From IMG/VR virus record IMGVR_UViG_3300028887_000067, positions 32,001-96,000 of that record: DNA of 64,000 nucleotides; one strand, written 5' to 3'. Position numbers and translations under genes: made by a program. The notes beneath the pieces are model-generated. The model was not told the DNA's origin and searched no databases. It was given only the letters and a program-made list of their open reading frames with translations. This DNA comes from a virus. Lineage: Duplodnaviria > Caudoviricetes. This document shows, piece by piece, positions 10,829 to 19,199 of this stretch (positions within the stretch are counted from its first letter, which is position 1; the number at the start of each line of letters is the position of its first letter).

Positions 10829-11007
10829 TAGCCAGCGCTATCCACGGACATCATTGCCGAATGATCACGGGTAGCCATACGGCCAATCCGCTGGTCCTTG
10901 CCGGAGCCGAACGTCTTCTTCATCGAGTTCACGAGCTTGTAGACCATCTGGACAATAATTCCCACATAGACCACGTACTGAAGTTTTTCCAAAATCTTGA
11001 TAAACAT
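10828..11007 (-). CDS. Small putative membrane protein, 59 aa (not in ORF track)
   Basis: MFIKILEKLQYVVYVGIIVQMVYKLVNSMKK...; GGAG RBS; TAATG coupling to next gene. Confidence 0.65.
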   Translation of the reverse strand: MFIKILEKLQYVVYVGIIVQMVYKLVNSMKKTFGSGKDQRIGRMATRDHSAMMSVDSAG

Positions 11008-11036
11008 AAAATCTCCGCCTTGGTTAAGACGGAGAA

Positions 11037-11065
11037 AAAATAGATGAGGTAAATTTGAAGCTCAA
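11037..11065 (-). promoter_or_regulatory. Host sigma70-type promoter TTGAGC-N17-TATTTT
   Basis: 17-nt spacer, upstream of the AAA operon. Confidence 0.55.
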
Positions 11066-11097
11066 GCCGATTAGGCCTAAGTTATGTAAAAAGATAT

Positions 11098-12099
11098 TTA
11101 CAGGAACCAGCCAAACGAATTAGAGCGCTCTTCAGAGCGTTTGTCGTTGTATCTATCAAAATTCTGCAAATTCGGGTCACCCGGATGCGCACGGCGCTCA
11201 TTGTAGAAATCATCTGCTATCTCGTGGTCGCCCAGCCGCATACGGGTAGGTACGTACGCATAACCAATCGTACGCGTTTCCGTTTGGTCTATGCCATGCG
11301 GATCGCTTCTGTGATCAAGCACTTTAGTGAAGTTCAGCTTAGTCATCAAACTATCAATCATATCGACATCGGTATCATCTGGCCCGGTTGCGTTCGACGC
11401 CACAACTGTCGTAAACACAAATCCTTCATCGCCATCACGGACATCCATGCTATGATATGCGTTCCAGCCCATATTCTGAGCAAAAGTCTCAATCTTCTTG
11501 ACGAGTTCCTCCGGAATTAGCTTACGGTTCTTTTCGGCGGCGTATGAAGTTCGGTTATAACGTTCGGTACGATTTTCCGCACGCTCAGCCGGTTTCATAT
11601 TCCACTCGGGGTCATTTTCCACGGACGCGCCGGCAACCCTTGTTTTATCCAGCTTGAACGCGTGAACGTCGTAATACTTTCGCCGTGCATCATCGACATA
11701 GAACGCAACCACGTACATCGTTGGCGTATCGGCAAGCACTATCTTATCGGTCTCGTCTTTATAATAATCTTTTTTAGACTTTAGCCAAGCCACGGATTCT
11801 CTGCGGTCACCATCGCCGTCCTTGCTCCATAGCTTGATATCACCACTTTCCAGCCTTTGTGCGATATCAGACAACGTGATTTCGTTCGGATTTTTAAGCT
11901 GGTCCACCGGAACATTAAACAGTTTGTATTTCATCTCATATGAATCGGCCTCGTTGCGCAGCAAGTCGCCGGTATTGCTAAATGCGGCTTCCAAGTACAG
12001 GCTAAATCCCTCCTTGAGCGAGGGAAGCACCTCCTTGCAGCCGAGCTTTTCGCAAACGCCTTCCATGAAGGCAACATATTCCTGTGCATTCTTTTCCAT
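11098..12099 (-). CDS. Hypothetical protein, possible internal head protein (333 aa)
   Basis: GGAG RBS; in the gp13 operon; N-terminal segment ending FSLYLEAA. Confidence 0.6.
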   Translation of the reverse strand: MEKNAQEYVAFMEGVCEKLGCKEVLPSLKEGFSLYLEAAFSNTGDLLRNEADSYEMKYKLFNVPVDQLKNPNEITLSDIAQRLESGDIKLWSKDGDGDRRESVAWLKSKKDYYKDETDKIVLADTPTMYVVAFYVDDARRKYYDVHAFKLDKTRVAGASVENDPEWNMKPAERAENRTERYNRTSYAAEKNRKLIPEELVKKIETFAQNMGWNAYHSMDVRDGDEGFVFTTVVASNATGPDDTDVDMIDSLMTKLNFTKVLDHRSDPHGIDQTETRTIGYAYVPTRMRLGDHEIADDFYNERRAHPGDPNLQNFDRYNDKRSEERSNSFGWFL

Positions 12100-12109
12100 A
12101 GGAAACTCC

Positions 12110-12859
12110 TTAACTTAAATCTGTCATCATCATCGGCTGAGCGGACTGGGCCTTCAGTTCTTCCATCAATCGCTTCCACTCTTCGAGGCCGTCGTTGTAA
12201 ATCTGTTGCCCGTTCACCTTGCCGCCGCCCGGAAGAGGCATATCGTCCTTCTTCAAGATCCTACCGAGCTGAATTTCGGCACGGGCGAGCGCCATATCCT
12301 GGAATAGCGGGTTGGCGAACACCTCGTACTTCTTCGCCTTGACATAGACCGTGGCAATCGCCACGCGGTCGGACTTCGGCGTCGGATATACGCGGAGAAT
12401 GTGCTGTTGCGGGTGCAGCTTGATGTTGTACTGCGTACCCACCAGCTTCTTGACGTCCTGCAGGTAACGCAAGGCGCCGGAATAGGTAATAAGATCGAAC
12501 TGCCCGAGTCCGCCGAGTCCGGCTCCGCCCACGCCCATCAGGGACTCGCCCGGACCAACGTCCCATGCCATCATCGGGCTAAACGTGTTTCCGTATGACG
12601 GGGACACGTCTACCACCTCCATAACCTCGTCGGGCACCCTGTACTGGATGACGCCTTCCTTCAATCGCAAAACCATAGCGTCCTGGTAGGACGCCTCGTC
12701 CTGATTGATACGATAGAACCAGTTGAGGGTGTCGTTCACGGCCATGTGCAGGTGACCGAGGCCGTTACGTTCCTCGACGACCATCTCGATCTCGGTACAC
12801 GGGTAACCGAGCATCGCCTTGATCTTCTCAACCATGTCATCAGTCGTGATTATCTGCAT
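12110..12859 (-). CDS. gp13: Neck protein gp13-like
   Basis: 'IKAMLGYPCTEIE' and 'LGRILKK..MPLPGGGKVNGQQIY' match T4 gp13 motifs. Confidence 0.85.
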   Translation of the reverse strand: MQIITTDDMVEKIKAMLGYPCTEIEMVVEERNGLGHLHMAVNDTLNWFYRINQDEASYQDAMVLRLKEGVIQYRVPDEVMEVVDVSPSYGNTFSPMMAWDVGPGESLMGVGGAGLGGLGQFDLITYSGALRYLQDVKKLVGTQYNIKLHPQQHILRVYPTPKSDRVAIATVYVKAKKYEVFANPLFQDMALARAEIQLGRILKKDDMPLPGGGKVNGQQIYNDGLEEWKRLMEELKAQSAQPMMMTDLS

Positions 12860-12869
12860 ATTGCCTTAC

Positions 12870-13367
12870 CTACGCATTGAACTGCTGATACTTGTACAGT
12901 ATCGTCGTCATGGTCTCGTCGAAGTCAGCAAAAATGTTCTTGACCCCTTCCGAGAATTTCGGGTTCTTTTCGACCGCATTCTTCATATTGTCGTTGATGG
13001 ACTTCAGCAGGCCCACAACAGCCTTGTCGTCAAACTTGACCGACCTCGGCGTGTCGGGAAACTCCTTGTCACACGGCTTGCCTGTCAGGGACATGTACGT
13101 CTCGGCAAGCTTGTCGCCGGTGTCCCTGCAAAGGTCGTACGCCTCGTTGAGAAGGGTGTGCTTGTTCATCGTGTCGACATTCCAGTGAATCTTGTTGAGC
13201 ACGTTGGCCTCGACAAGAAGCCACAGGGCAAGTTCCTTCAGAGTCTCGTAGCCGTTGCCCTTGCCGTCGGCGGCCTCCAATTTCGGTGAAAACGCGGCTA
13301 TGACGCCGAGCGCCTTTTCCCCGCATACACGGAACACCGCTTCACAAAAAACCTTAAAAAACGACAT
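12870..13367 (-). CDS. Ferritin/Dps-like four-helix-bundle protein with N-terminal extension
   Basis: 'IHWNV..MNKHTLLNEAYD..RDTGDKLAETY' is the HW...H...D...E pattern of Dps-like proteins. Confidence 0.7.
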   Translation of the reverse strand: MSFFKVFCEAVFRVCGEKALGVIAAFSPKLEAADGKGNGYETLKELALWLLVEANVLNKIHWNVDTMNKHTLLNEAYDLCRDTGDKLAETYMSLTGKPCDKEFPDTPRSVKFDDKAVVGLLKSINDNMKNAVEKNPKFSEGVKNIFADFDETMTTILYKYQQFNA

Positions 13368-13383
13368 TCTGCCATCCGATCAC

Positions 13384-13412
13384 TTTACAGGGAGTTTATA
13401 TCGTGCTATATT
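13384..13412 (+). promoter_or_regulatory. Host sigma70-type promoter TTTACA-N17-TATATT (TG-extended)
   Basis: 17-nt spacer, upstream of ATG 13437; overlaps the opposite-strand late promoter. Confidence 0.6.
13393..13400 (-). promoter_or_regulatory. Late promoter TATAAACT
   Basis: Exact motif 26 nt from ATG 13367. Confidence 0.7.
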
Positions 13413-13436
13413 TAATGCAGAACAACGAGGTACCCA

Positions 13437-13835
13437 ATGGCCGAAGAACTCAATACCGAACCATCCACGCCAGTCCAGCAACCGACGCCCGACGCGCGAA
13501 CGCCTAACGAAGCCGACATCCAAGCCAAACGACACAGCGTCAGCAACTTCATCAAGAAGCTGGAAAAGCAGACCAACTCCAAGGAATATCAGGAATATAT
13601 CAAGAAGATGAACCGCGCAAAGCGCGACTTCAAAGAATTCATGGACCTCCCGAAGGATATCCGCTCCAAGATCCTATTCAAGATCCAGACGCAAATCATC
13701 TCCCACGAAGTCGAGGTAAATCCCGACTCGCCGTACAACTGGCGGCGCATCGAAACAGAGGAAAGGATGCGCGAGAACGAGGACCGGATGCGCAAGGTCG
13801 CGGGAGAGCTAGGCCTCGGAGTGCGCTCCGAATGA
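13437..13835 (+). CDS. Hypothetical protein (132 aa)
   Basis: GAGG RBS, promoter upstream, terminator downstream. Confidence 0.7.
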   Translation: MAEELNTEPSTPVQQPTPDARTPNEADIQAKRHSVSNFIKKLEKQTNSKEYQEYIKKMNRAKRDFKEFMDLPKDIRSKILFKIQTQIISHEVEVNPDSPYNWRRIETEERMRENEDRMRKVAGELGLGVRSE

Positions 13836-13867
13836 AATTCCACATAATAAGGTGATCTCCAATATTC

Positions 13868-13895
13868 AAAAGGCCCGCCGAACGGCGGGCCTTTT
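13868..13895. terminator. Bidirectional terminator
   Basis: AAAAGGCCCGCCG-AA-CGGCGGGCCTTTT between convergent genes. Confidence 0.85.
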
Positions 13896-13901
13896 CAGTA
13901 C

Positions 13902-14495
13902 CTAGTGTGGCCACTTGAAATGGCTGGGGTACGAGTCGACAACTCCCCTCAGCGCGGTATGGAAGTGGAACGGCGTCCACTGCGTGATGAAGTTGGACTT
14001 CACCGGCTTGCCGTCAGGCGGCGTAGCTATCGTAATATGCGGCACCGCGTTCGTGGTCTTAAAGTTTCCCGTCACGCCGACCGCTATGGCATCACCCGAC
14101 ACGCCGACCGACACGACCTCTATCGAGGCAGTCTTGCCCAAGTTGTTCACGATGTAGTCCTCGACCTCAGGATATGTCCGCCTCGGGTCACCGAAGGCAA
14201 GCGTGACGTGATGCGTGTAAATCTTCCAGTCGTCGGGAATCCCGCCCCTGAGCACGTCCAGCAGCGCGTTTCGGGAGGCCTCGTCAAGAAAGATGCCGAA
14301 GTACACCGGCTTGGTGCCGTCGCCGAGGTCCATCAAGTTGCGTCTGTAATACTCGCGCCTGAACTCCTCGCCCCATTCCTTAGACCACTCAACCATCCGG
14401 CGCTCGCCAAGATCGTAACCGGCCTTCATGGACTGAATATACTTGTCGCGAAGCATCTCTTCCATCTGCTCCGCCATCATAGCCTTCATGTCCAT
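13902..14495 (-). CDS. 2H phosphoesterase
   Basis: Two HxT motifs, 'HHVTLAF' and 'PHITIA'; GGAGG RBS. Confidence 0.8.
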   Translation of the reverse strand: MDMKAMMAEQMEEMLRDKYIQSMKAGYDLGERRMVEWSKEWGEEFRREYYRRNLMDLGDGTKPVYFGIFLDEASRNALLDVLRGGIPDDWKIYTHHVTLAFGDPRRTYPEVEDYIVNNLGKTASIEVVSVGVSGDAIAVGVTGNFKTTNAVPHITIATPPDGKPVKSNFITQWTPFHFHTALRGVVDSYPSHFKWPH

Positions 14496-14550
14496 AGGTT
14501 ACCTCCTAGCTCGATAAATATAGTTTATGGATTTTTGTACGACCATAAAC

Positions 14551-14577
14551 AAAAAACCTACTGGTTTTCCAGTAGGT
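14551..14577 (-). terminator. Intrinsic terminator
   Basis: ACCTACTGG-GAAA-type hairpin followed by a U-tract on the minus strand. Confidence 0.7.
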
Positions 14578-14597
14578 AATAAGTTGTATTAAATAGA

Positions 14598-15044
14598 TTA
14601 AGCTTCTTCGGAAGCCGTATCCTCGACCTGAACCGCCTTCTTCTTACGGCTCTTCTTCACCGTCAGGACCAGCGATTCGCCAGCTTCCTCGCCAACGGAA
14701 ATGCCGTTCACGGGAGACTCGTCAGCCTTTACGAACGCATTGTACGCCTCGTCGGCCACCGCCTCGTCAAGAGCCGGGTCGGCCTTCGTTTCCGATTCCT
14801 CGACCTTCGGCGCGTTAGGGGTGAAGAACATAGGCGTTTCACCCAGATCATTGGTGAGACCCTTGATGTACGCCTCGTACTCGGACCTCAGCGAATCGAT
14901 AACGGTCTGGTCAACCGAACCGACCTGGAAAGCCTGCGTGGAGGCGGCCTTCTTCGCGTTAAGGCGGTTCATCACATCCTGGGCACCCGTCTCGCCGCGA
15001 GGCATCGTCTTGATAGTGGTAACTTTGAAATTGAGCATTGTCAT
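14598..15044 (-). CDS. Hypothetical late protein (148 aa)
   Basis: ORF with TATAAACA motif at 15082-15089 upstream. Confidence 0.65.
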   Translation of the reverse strand: MTMLNFKVTTIKTMPRGETGAQDVMNRLNAKKAASTQAFQVGSVDQTVIDSLRSEYEAYIKGLTNDLGETPMFFTPNAPKVEESETKADPALDEAVADEAYNAFVKADESPVNGISVGEEAGESLVLTVKKSRKKKAVQVEDTASEEA

Positions 15045-15073
15045 TTCCCATTTTATGGGGCGGATGCCCCTTG

Positions 15074-15295
15074 CTACTCTTTGTTTATACGGTGGGCCAT
15101 GCCAATACTCACAAGCACAGGCGTGTCGGGCCCGCCTGTAAGCTGCTTTTCGTACGTAACGTCCTCCAGATAGGCCTCCATCGGGCTCCTCTTCGGGATT
15201 TTAAGCTCCGTCTTCGGCAACTCGGGCATCGACTTGCGTAGCGCCTCATCGGCTTCCCTTCGCTTCTTCCCCAACAGGAACTCGATATCGCCCAT
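15074..15295 (-). CDS. Hypothetical protein (73 aa)
   Basis: TGATG coupling to gp15; GGAGGAG RBS. Confidence 0.6.
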   Translation of the reverse strand: MGDIEFLLGKKRREADEALRKSMPELPKTELKIPKRSPMEAYLEDVTYEKQLTGGPDTPVLVSIGMAHRINKE

Positions 15296-16902
15296 CAGCT
15301 CTCCTCCTTGGTCACCAAGGCCATCATCGTGTCAGAAAAGTTCGTCTTGACTCCGAACGCGCCCTTGTTTCCCTCGTCGTAGAGAACGAAGTAGAACGAA
15401 TAGATCGTGTCATTATCGCAAATGATCGGCTCGCTGACGAAACGGCGGAATTGCGTCGTCGTGTGGTATGCGAAATAAAGGCGCCCGTCCATGATTCCCC
15501 AGTCAAACCATACCTCGCCTGCCGGAATCACCGTGCCGTCAGACAACGTGACGTCGGCCGGGTTGTACAGATATTGGAAAACGGTGTCGTTCTGGTGCCT
15601 GAACTGCAGTACCGCCTTGAACGTGTAAGACTCGAGAATCTTCCCGTCCTTGTTGTCTCCGAACCAGTTAAGAATATTCGACCAGTCGGTCGCCGTAGCA
15701 TATCCGCCCGGCGCGAAAGAGCCGTTGCCCGGAGCCATGTCCGGAACAAATTCGCGAGCTTCGGCGTTCACGGCTACAAAATCGCGACCGAGACCGCTGT
15801 AATCCTTCTCCCGGTCGGAATCCTCGTCGAAATTAAGGTGAATCAGGTCGAACGACGGCACCTCGACAGGACGGGCGACATCGCCCACGACGACATCCTC
15901 CCATTTGTATACCGGAATAGGGTCGCCATCCACATCGGTAATATCTTCACCCAGCGAGTTCTTCAAGTTTCCCTTGTAGACAGGATTATAGCCGGCCCTC
16001 GCCTTGCCGTTGGCGCGACGCTTAGTAATGTCTTCGTCGGTATGCGGGGTCAGGTCAAGCGTCCGCATAGTCTCGTCCTTCCAGAACTCCTCGCCGTGCT
16101 CGTCGACACGACGTACAAGCGTCCTGGTAAATGTCTTGAGGAGGGACCACCCCTCGCGGATAGACGGCTCAACCGTCTCCCAGAGATGCTTCTTCTGCTG
16201 GGCGATTTCATCGGGATAGACAAACACCTGTATGGAATCCTGTATCTGGTCGCGCACGTTGAAATTCATCTGGGCATACTTGATTATTGCCGGAATCTCG
16301 TAAGGACGATGATACACTCCTCCGTGCGTCTCGATAGTATAGACACACTTGTAAAGCTGATACTCGTTGCTGGTATCGCTTTTTTCGTCATCGACGCTGC
16401 TAGACCAGTGCAAAGTAAAAGCAATCGGACGCTCGATTTCGGGCGCAAAATCCCATTCCTTAATCCTAACCGTGCGATACGTGTTGAAATACGGCTGAAT
16501 CTGCTCCTTCAAGTGGAAGAAGTCTGTTATGTTGTCTGCAAGAAGAGTCAATTCGAATGTGACGGACATCGGAGTCGGCTGAATGTCACGGATATACTTC
16601 TGCAACGGCGCGGACAGGATTTCCCGGGCGTAGGTAGGCTGGACCATATGCGACTCGTCGTGGCGGTCTTCAATGAACCTGAACCCCAGACAAGGTATAG
16701 CCATCGGTTCCTGCGCAGTTGCCGTAGACGCGACAAAGTTGGCAAAGTCGTCACTGTTGTGCGTATACAACGGCACGGCAACAGTCTGTGACTCGACTGA
16801 ACGATTCTGGTCCTCATAGCGGTTCACACGCAAGTTGTTGAACACGTCCATGATCGCAATCATAATCTTCTCAATTTCGCGAACGTAGTAATGCGGTGTC
16901 AT
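15295..16902 (-). CDS. gp15: Tail terminator / sheath stabiliser gp15-like with C-terminal extension
   Basis: 'HYYVREIEKIMIAIMDVFNNLRV...VAVPL...PTPMSVTFEL...EQIQPYF' resembles T4 gp15. Confidence 0.8.
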   Translation of the reverse strand: MTPHYYVREIEKIMIAIMDVFNNLRVNRYEDQNRSVESQTVAVPLYTHNSDDFANFVASTATAQEPMAIPCLGFRFIEDRHDESHMVQPTYAREILSAPLQKYIRDIQPTPMSVTFELTLLADNITDFFHLKEQIQPYFNTYRTVRIKEWDFAPEIERPIAFTLHWSSSVDDEKSDTSNEYQLYKCVYTIETHGGVYHRPYEIPAIIKYAQMNFNVRDQIQDSIQVFVYPDEIAQQKKHLWETVEPSIREGWSLLKTFTRTLVRRVDEHGEEFWKDETMRTLDLTPHTDEDITKRRANGKARAGYNPVYKGNLKNSLGEDITDVDGDPIPVYKWEDVVVGDVARPVEVPSFDLIHLNFDEDSDREKDYSGLGRDFVAVNAEAREFVPDMAPGNGSFAPGGYATATDWSNILNWFGDNKDGKILESYTFKAVLQFRHQNDTVFQYLYNPADVTLSDGTVIPAGEVWFDWGIMDGRLYFAYHTTTQFRRFVSEPIICDNDTIYSFYFVLYDEGNKGAFGVKTNFSDTMMALVTKEES

Positions 16903-16919
16903 CGGCCAACCTCAAGTGC

Positions 16920-16943
16920 AGTTTATCACGAACATTATAAACT
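16920..16943. promoter_or_regulatory. Divergent late promoters: GATAAACT (-, 16920-16927) and TATAAACT (+, 16936-16943)
   Basis: Each lies 18-25 nt from a start codon. Confidence 0.7.
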
Positions 16944-16967
16944 GAACAAAAAGCGACCGGAGAAACC

Positions 16968-17279
16968 ATGGAACCCGCCACTGACGCACAGAAACTCTAC
17001 ATCTATCGACTCGGCAAACATAAGGACGATACCAACTCCGCCGTCGTCGAGGGAATCACCAAGGCCTTCGGCCTGGTAAACGGCATCGACACCACCCTGA
17101 CTGAGTCCGACCAGAGCAAGATGGACGCGTTCGACTTCCTCGAGACCGACCGCAACGGGCAAGACCCGAGCGCTTACCTCGAGGCGCTGACCGAAAACGT
17201 CCTGAAACAGACAAAACCCGAAGACTTCGGAACCATCAGGAAGGCCCTGAACGAATACAGGTCGTTCCTCGGAAAATAG
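16968..17279 (+). CDS. Hypothetical late protein (103 aa)
   Basis: GGAG RBS, late promoter, terminator downstream. Confidence 0.7.
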   Translation: MEPATDAQKLYIYRLGKHKDDTNSAVVEGITKAFGLVNGIDTTLTESDQSKMDAFDFLETDRNGQDPSAYLEALTENVLKQTKPEDFGTIRKALNEYRSFLGK

Positions 17280-17304
17280 AAAAAGGCCGCACACGCGGCC
17301 TTTT
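17280..17304. terminator. Bidirectional terminator
   Basis: AAAAAGGCCGC-ACAC-GCGGCCTTTT. Confidence 0.8.
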
Positions 17305-17325
17305 CCTTTTTCTGCAGGTAACCTC

Positions 17326-17748
17326 CTATTCCACACTAAGTTTCTTCGCCTCGGGCTTATCCTTCGGTAACGGGCGGACACGGATGGTCATCATGCCGTC
17401 CTCGTACTTGCACTTGGCGTTCGCAACGTCCAGAGCGCTATTCACGTTGACGGCATACTTGTATTCCTTTCCGTCAATCATGCGGACACCCTCTACACGG
17501 ATTCCCTTGCCCACTTCGAAGGAAGCGGACACGTTCTCGCGCTTGCAACCCGGAAGGTCGACGTAAATGACGTCTTCCTCGCCTTCGGTGAAGCGGTACA
17601 CGGACGGGAGATACGTGCCCTTCTCGCCGCCAGTCACCGCCGGCTTGAAGCCGAGCCCGTCGACAAGCTGACCAAATTCAGACACGATATCGTTGAACGA
17701 ACGATCGAAAGCATTGGTGAAGATAGTGGGGAAAATTCCGTTAATCAT
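17326..17748 (-). CDS. Small heat-shock protein (Hsp20/alpha-crystallin); start corrected
   Basis: 'YVDLPGCKRENV...AKCKYEDGMMTIRV' alpha-crystallin motifs; GAGG RBS before ATG 17748. Confidence 0.85.
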   Translation of the reverse strand: MINGIFPTIFTNAFDRSFNDIVSEFGQLVDGLGFKPAVTGGEKGTYLPSVYRFTEGEEDVIYVDLPGCKRENVSASFEVGKGIRVEGVRMIDGKEYKYAVNVNSALDVANAKCKYEDGMMTIRVRPLPKDKPEAKKLSVE

Positions 17749-17789
17749 ATTTACCTCTTGGTTAATTGTTTTTTTTTCGAACCCAGTAA

Positions 17790-17805
17790 AGCAAAAAGCG
17801 TGCCA
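17790..17805 (-). promoter_or_regulatory. Sigma54 (RpoN) -24/-12 promoter TGGCACGCTTTTTGCT
   Basis: Exact match to the TGGCACG-N4-TTGCW consensus, about 40 nt upstream of the Hsp20 ATG. Confidence 0.8.
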
Positions 17806-17811
17806 AAACAG

Positions 17812-17837
17812 AAAAGGCCACGGATTCCCGTGGCCTT
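17812..17837 (-). terminator. Intrinsic terminator insulating the sigma54 promoter
   Basis: AAGGCCACGG-GAAT-CCGTGGCCTTTT on the minus strand. Confidence 0.75.
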
Positions 17838-17857
17838 GATGCAAATTCTTAGAACAG

Positions 17858-18334
17858 TTAACGGAGCTTGATTTGGTCCTTGTAGTCGTTCTGGGTAATC
17901 GGCTCGTTGCCCCAAGCGCTCGCCGTGCTGCAGATGCTATAGCGATTATTCAGCAGGTTCAGCACCTCGTCCTTGTCCAGAACCTCGCGCTCCTCGGCCT
18001 CTGCGCGGTCTTCCTCCGCACCCTTGCCGTTGGGCTTCTTCTGGATAGGGTACTCCATCCGGCGATAATTGAGCTCACCAAGCCCAGGAGTATTGTTAAT
18101 CGGGTCGTCCTCGACGAAATTCTCCTGTTCCTGAGCCAACCGGTCCTCGGTATGCCAATAATTCTGCTCGTAGGCACGATGCACGAACTTCTCGGCCTTG
18201 CCGCTCTTGATGTCACCGACGTCCGGAATCAGGCTCTGGGCCTGCACGAAGATGTCGTGACGCCAGTCCGGATGGGTGTCGAAGTTGTCGCCAACCATAC
18301 CCAGTACATTACCGCTGTTAATTTTCTGTGCCAT
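17858..18334 (-). CDS. Hypothetical late protein (158 aa)
   Basis: ORF with GATAAACT at 18363-18370 upstream and AGGGG RBS. Confidence 0.65.
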   Translation of the reverse strand: MAQKINSGNVLGMVGDNFDTHPDWRHDIFVQAQSLIPDVGDIKSGKAEKFVHRAYEQNYWHTEDRLAQEQENFVEDDPINNTPGLGELNYRRMEYPIQKKPNGKGAEEDRAEAEEREVLDKDEVLNLLNNRYSICSTASAWGNEPITQNDYKDQIKLR

Positions 18335-18422
18335 CGTATAAGCCCCTAATCATTCCATAGCAAGTTTATCAAGATGTACGAAAATTAACCACGAAAGTGT
18401 CGCAAACAGCGACACGGTTCGT

Positions 18423-19157
18423 TCATTTTTTAACCGCCTTTTCCTTTTTCTTCTTGTTGATCTTGAGCTGAGCCATACGGAGGCTCGGGTCGCTCGCGAC
18501 CGTAGATGCGTCAACGCCGGCCTCGCCGACCTCGATATCGGGGTCGATCTTGTTGAGCGTGTCCACGGCCTTGTCGAGGTCGTTTCCAGTCATCTCGAGG
18601 CTGATATTGCCACTGATAGCCTCCTTCTCGCGCTCCGCCTCCTTCTGGACGACACCGGCATACTCGTCGATGTTGAGGCACTCGTGATAAATGTTCTCGT
18701 TAAGGGAGGTGAACTTTATGTACTTGGAACGTACCGAGTGCGCCTTCTGTACCTGCATAAACGCACGAGACACGATCTGTCCGAGGTAATAGTAGGGGTC
18801 GTTGTTCTTGGACTTCTTGGCCATCTTGACCGGGTCGAAAGATCCGCAATACTTGAGGGCGCAGAACTGGGCGCGGGCGAACATGTCCTCCTTCCAGTCG
18901 TCGGTGTACTTACGCCACGACTTCATTCCCAGCGTCTTGAGGATGACAACACGAATGATGGTGGCAAGCTCGTCGCCAACCGGATAACCCTTTCCGTACA
19001 GTTCCACGTTGCGCTTATGTTCCAGCAAAAGTCTAGTGAGATAGGCGGGATCGACCCTGTCCTTTTTCATCGAAGCTAGGGTCTGGTTGCCGTTAATGTC
19101 AAAAACGGCCGGGTCGACCGGGCGAGTCTTCGGCCCGTTGATATTATGATTTTTCAT
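18423..19157 (-). CDS. gp55: Late-transcription sigma factor gp55-like
   Basis: 'WRKYTDDWKEDMF...LKYCGSFDP...NDPYYYLGQIVSRAFMQ' resembles T4 gp55 'FSGYTQSWKQEMI...NFD...NPHAYITQACFNAFVQ'. ATG 19157 has an AGGA RBS (alternative GTG at 19184). Confidence 0.8.
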   Translation of the reverse strand: MKNHNINGPKTRPVDPAVFDINGNQTLASMKKDRVDPAYLTRLLLEHKRNVELYGKGYPVGDELATIIRVVILKTLGMKSWRKYTDDWKEDMFARAQFCALKYCGSFDPVKMAKKSKNNDPYYYLGQIVSRAFMQVQKAHSVRSKYIKFTSLNENIYHECLNIDEYAGVVQKEAEREKEAISGNISLEMTGNDLDKAVDTLNKIDPDIEVGEAGVDASTVASDPSLRMAQLKINKKKKEKAVKK

Positions 19158-19199
19158 CGAAACAATCCTAAGTTCGTTAGACACTAAATTAGTGCATTC

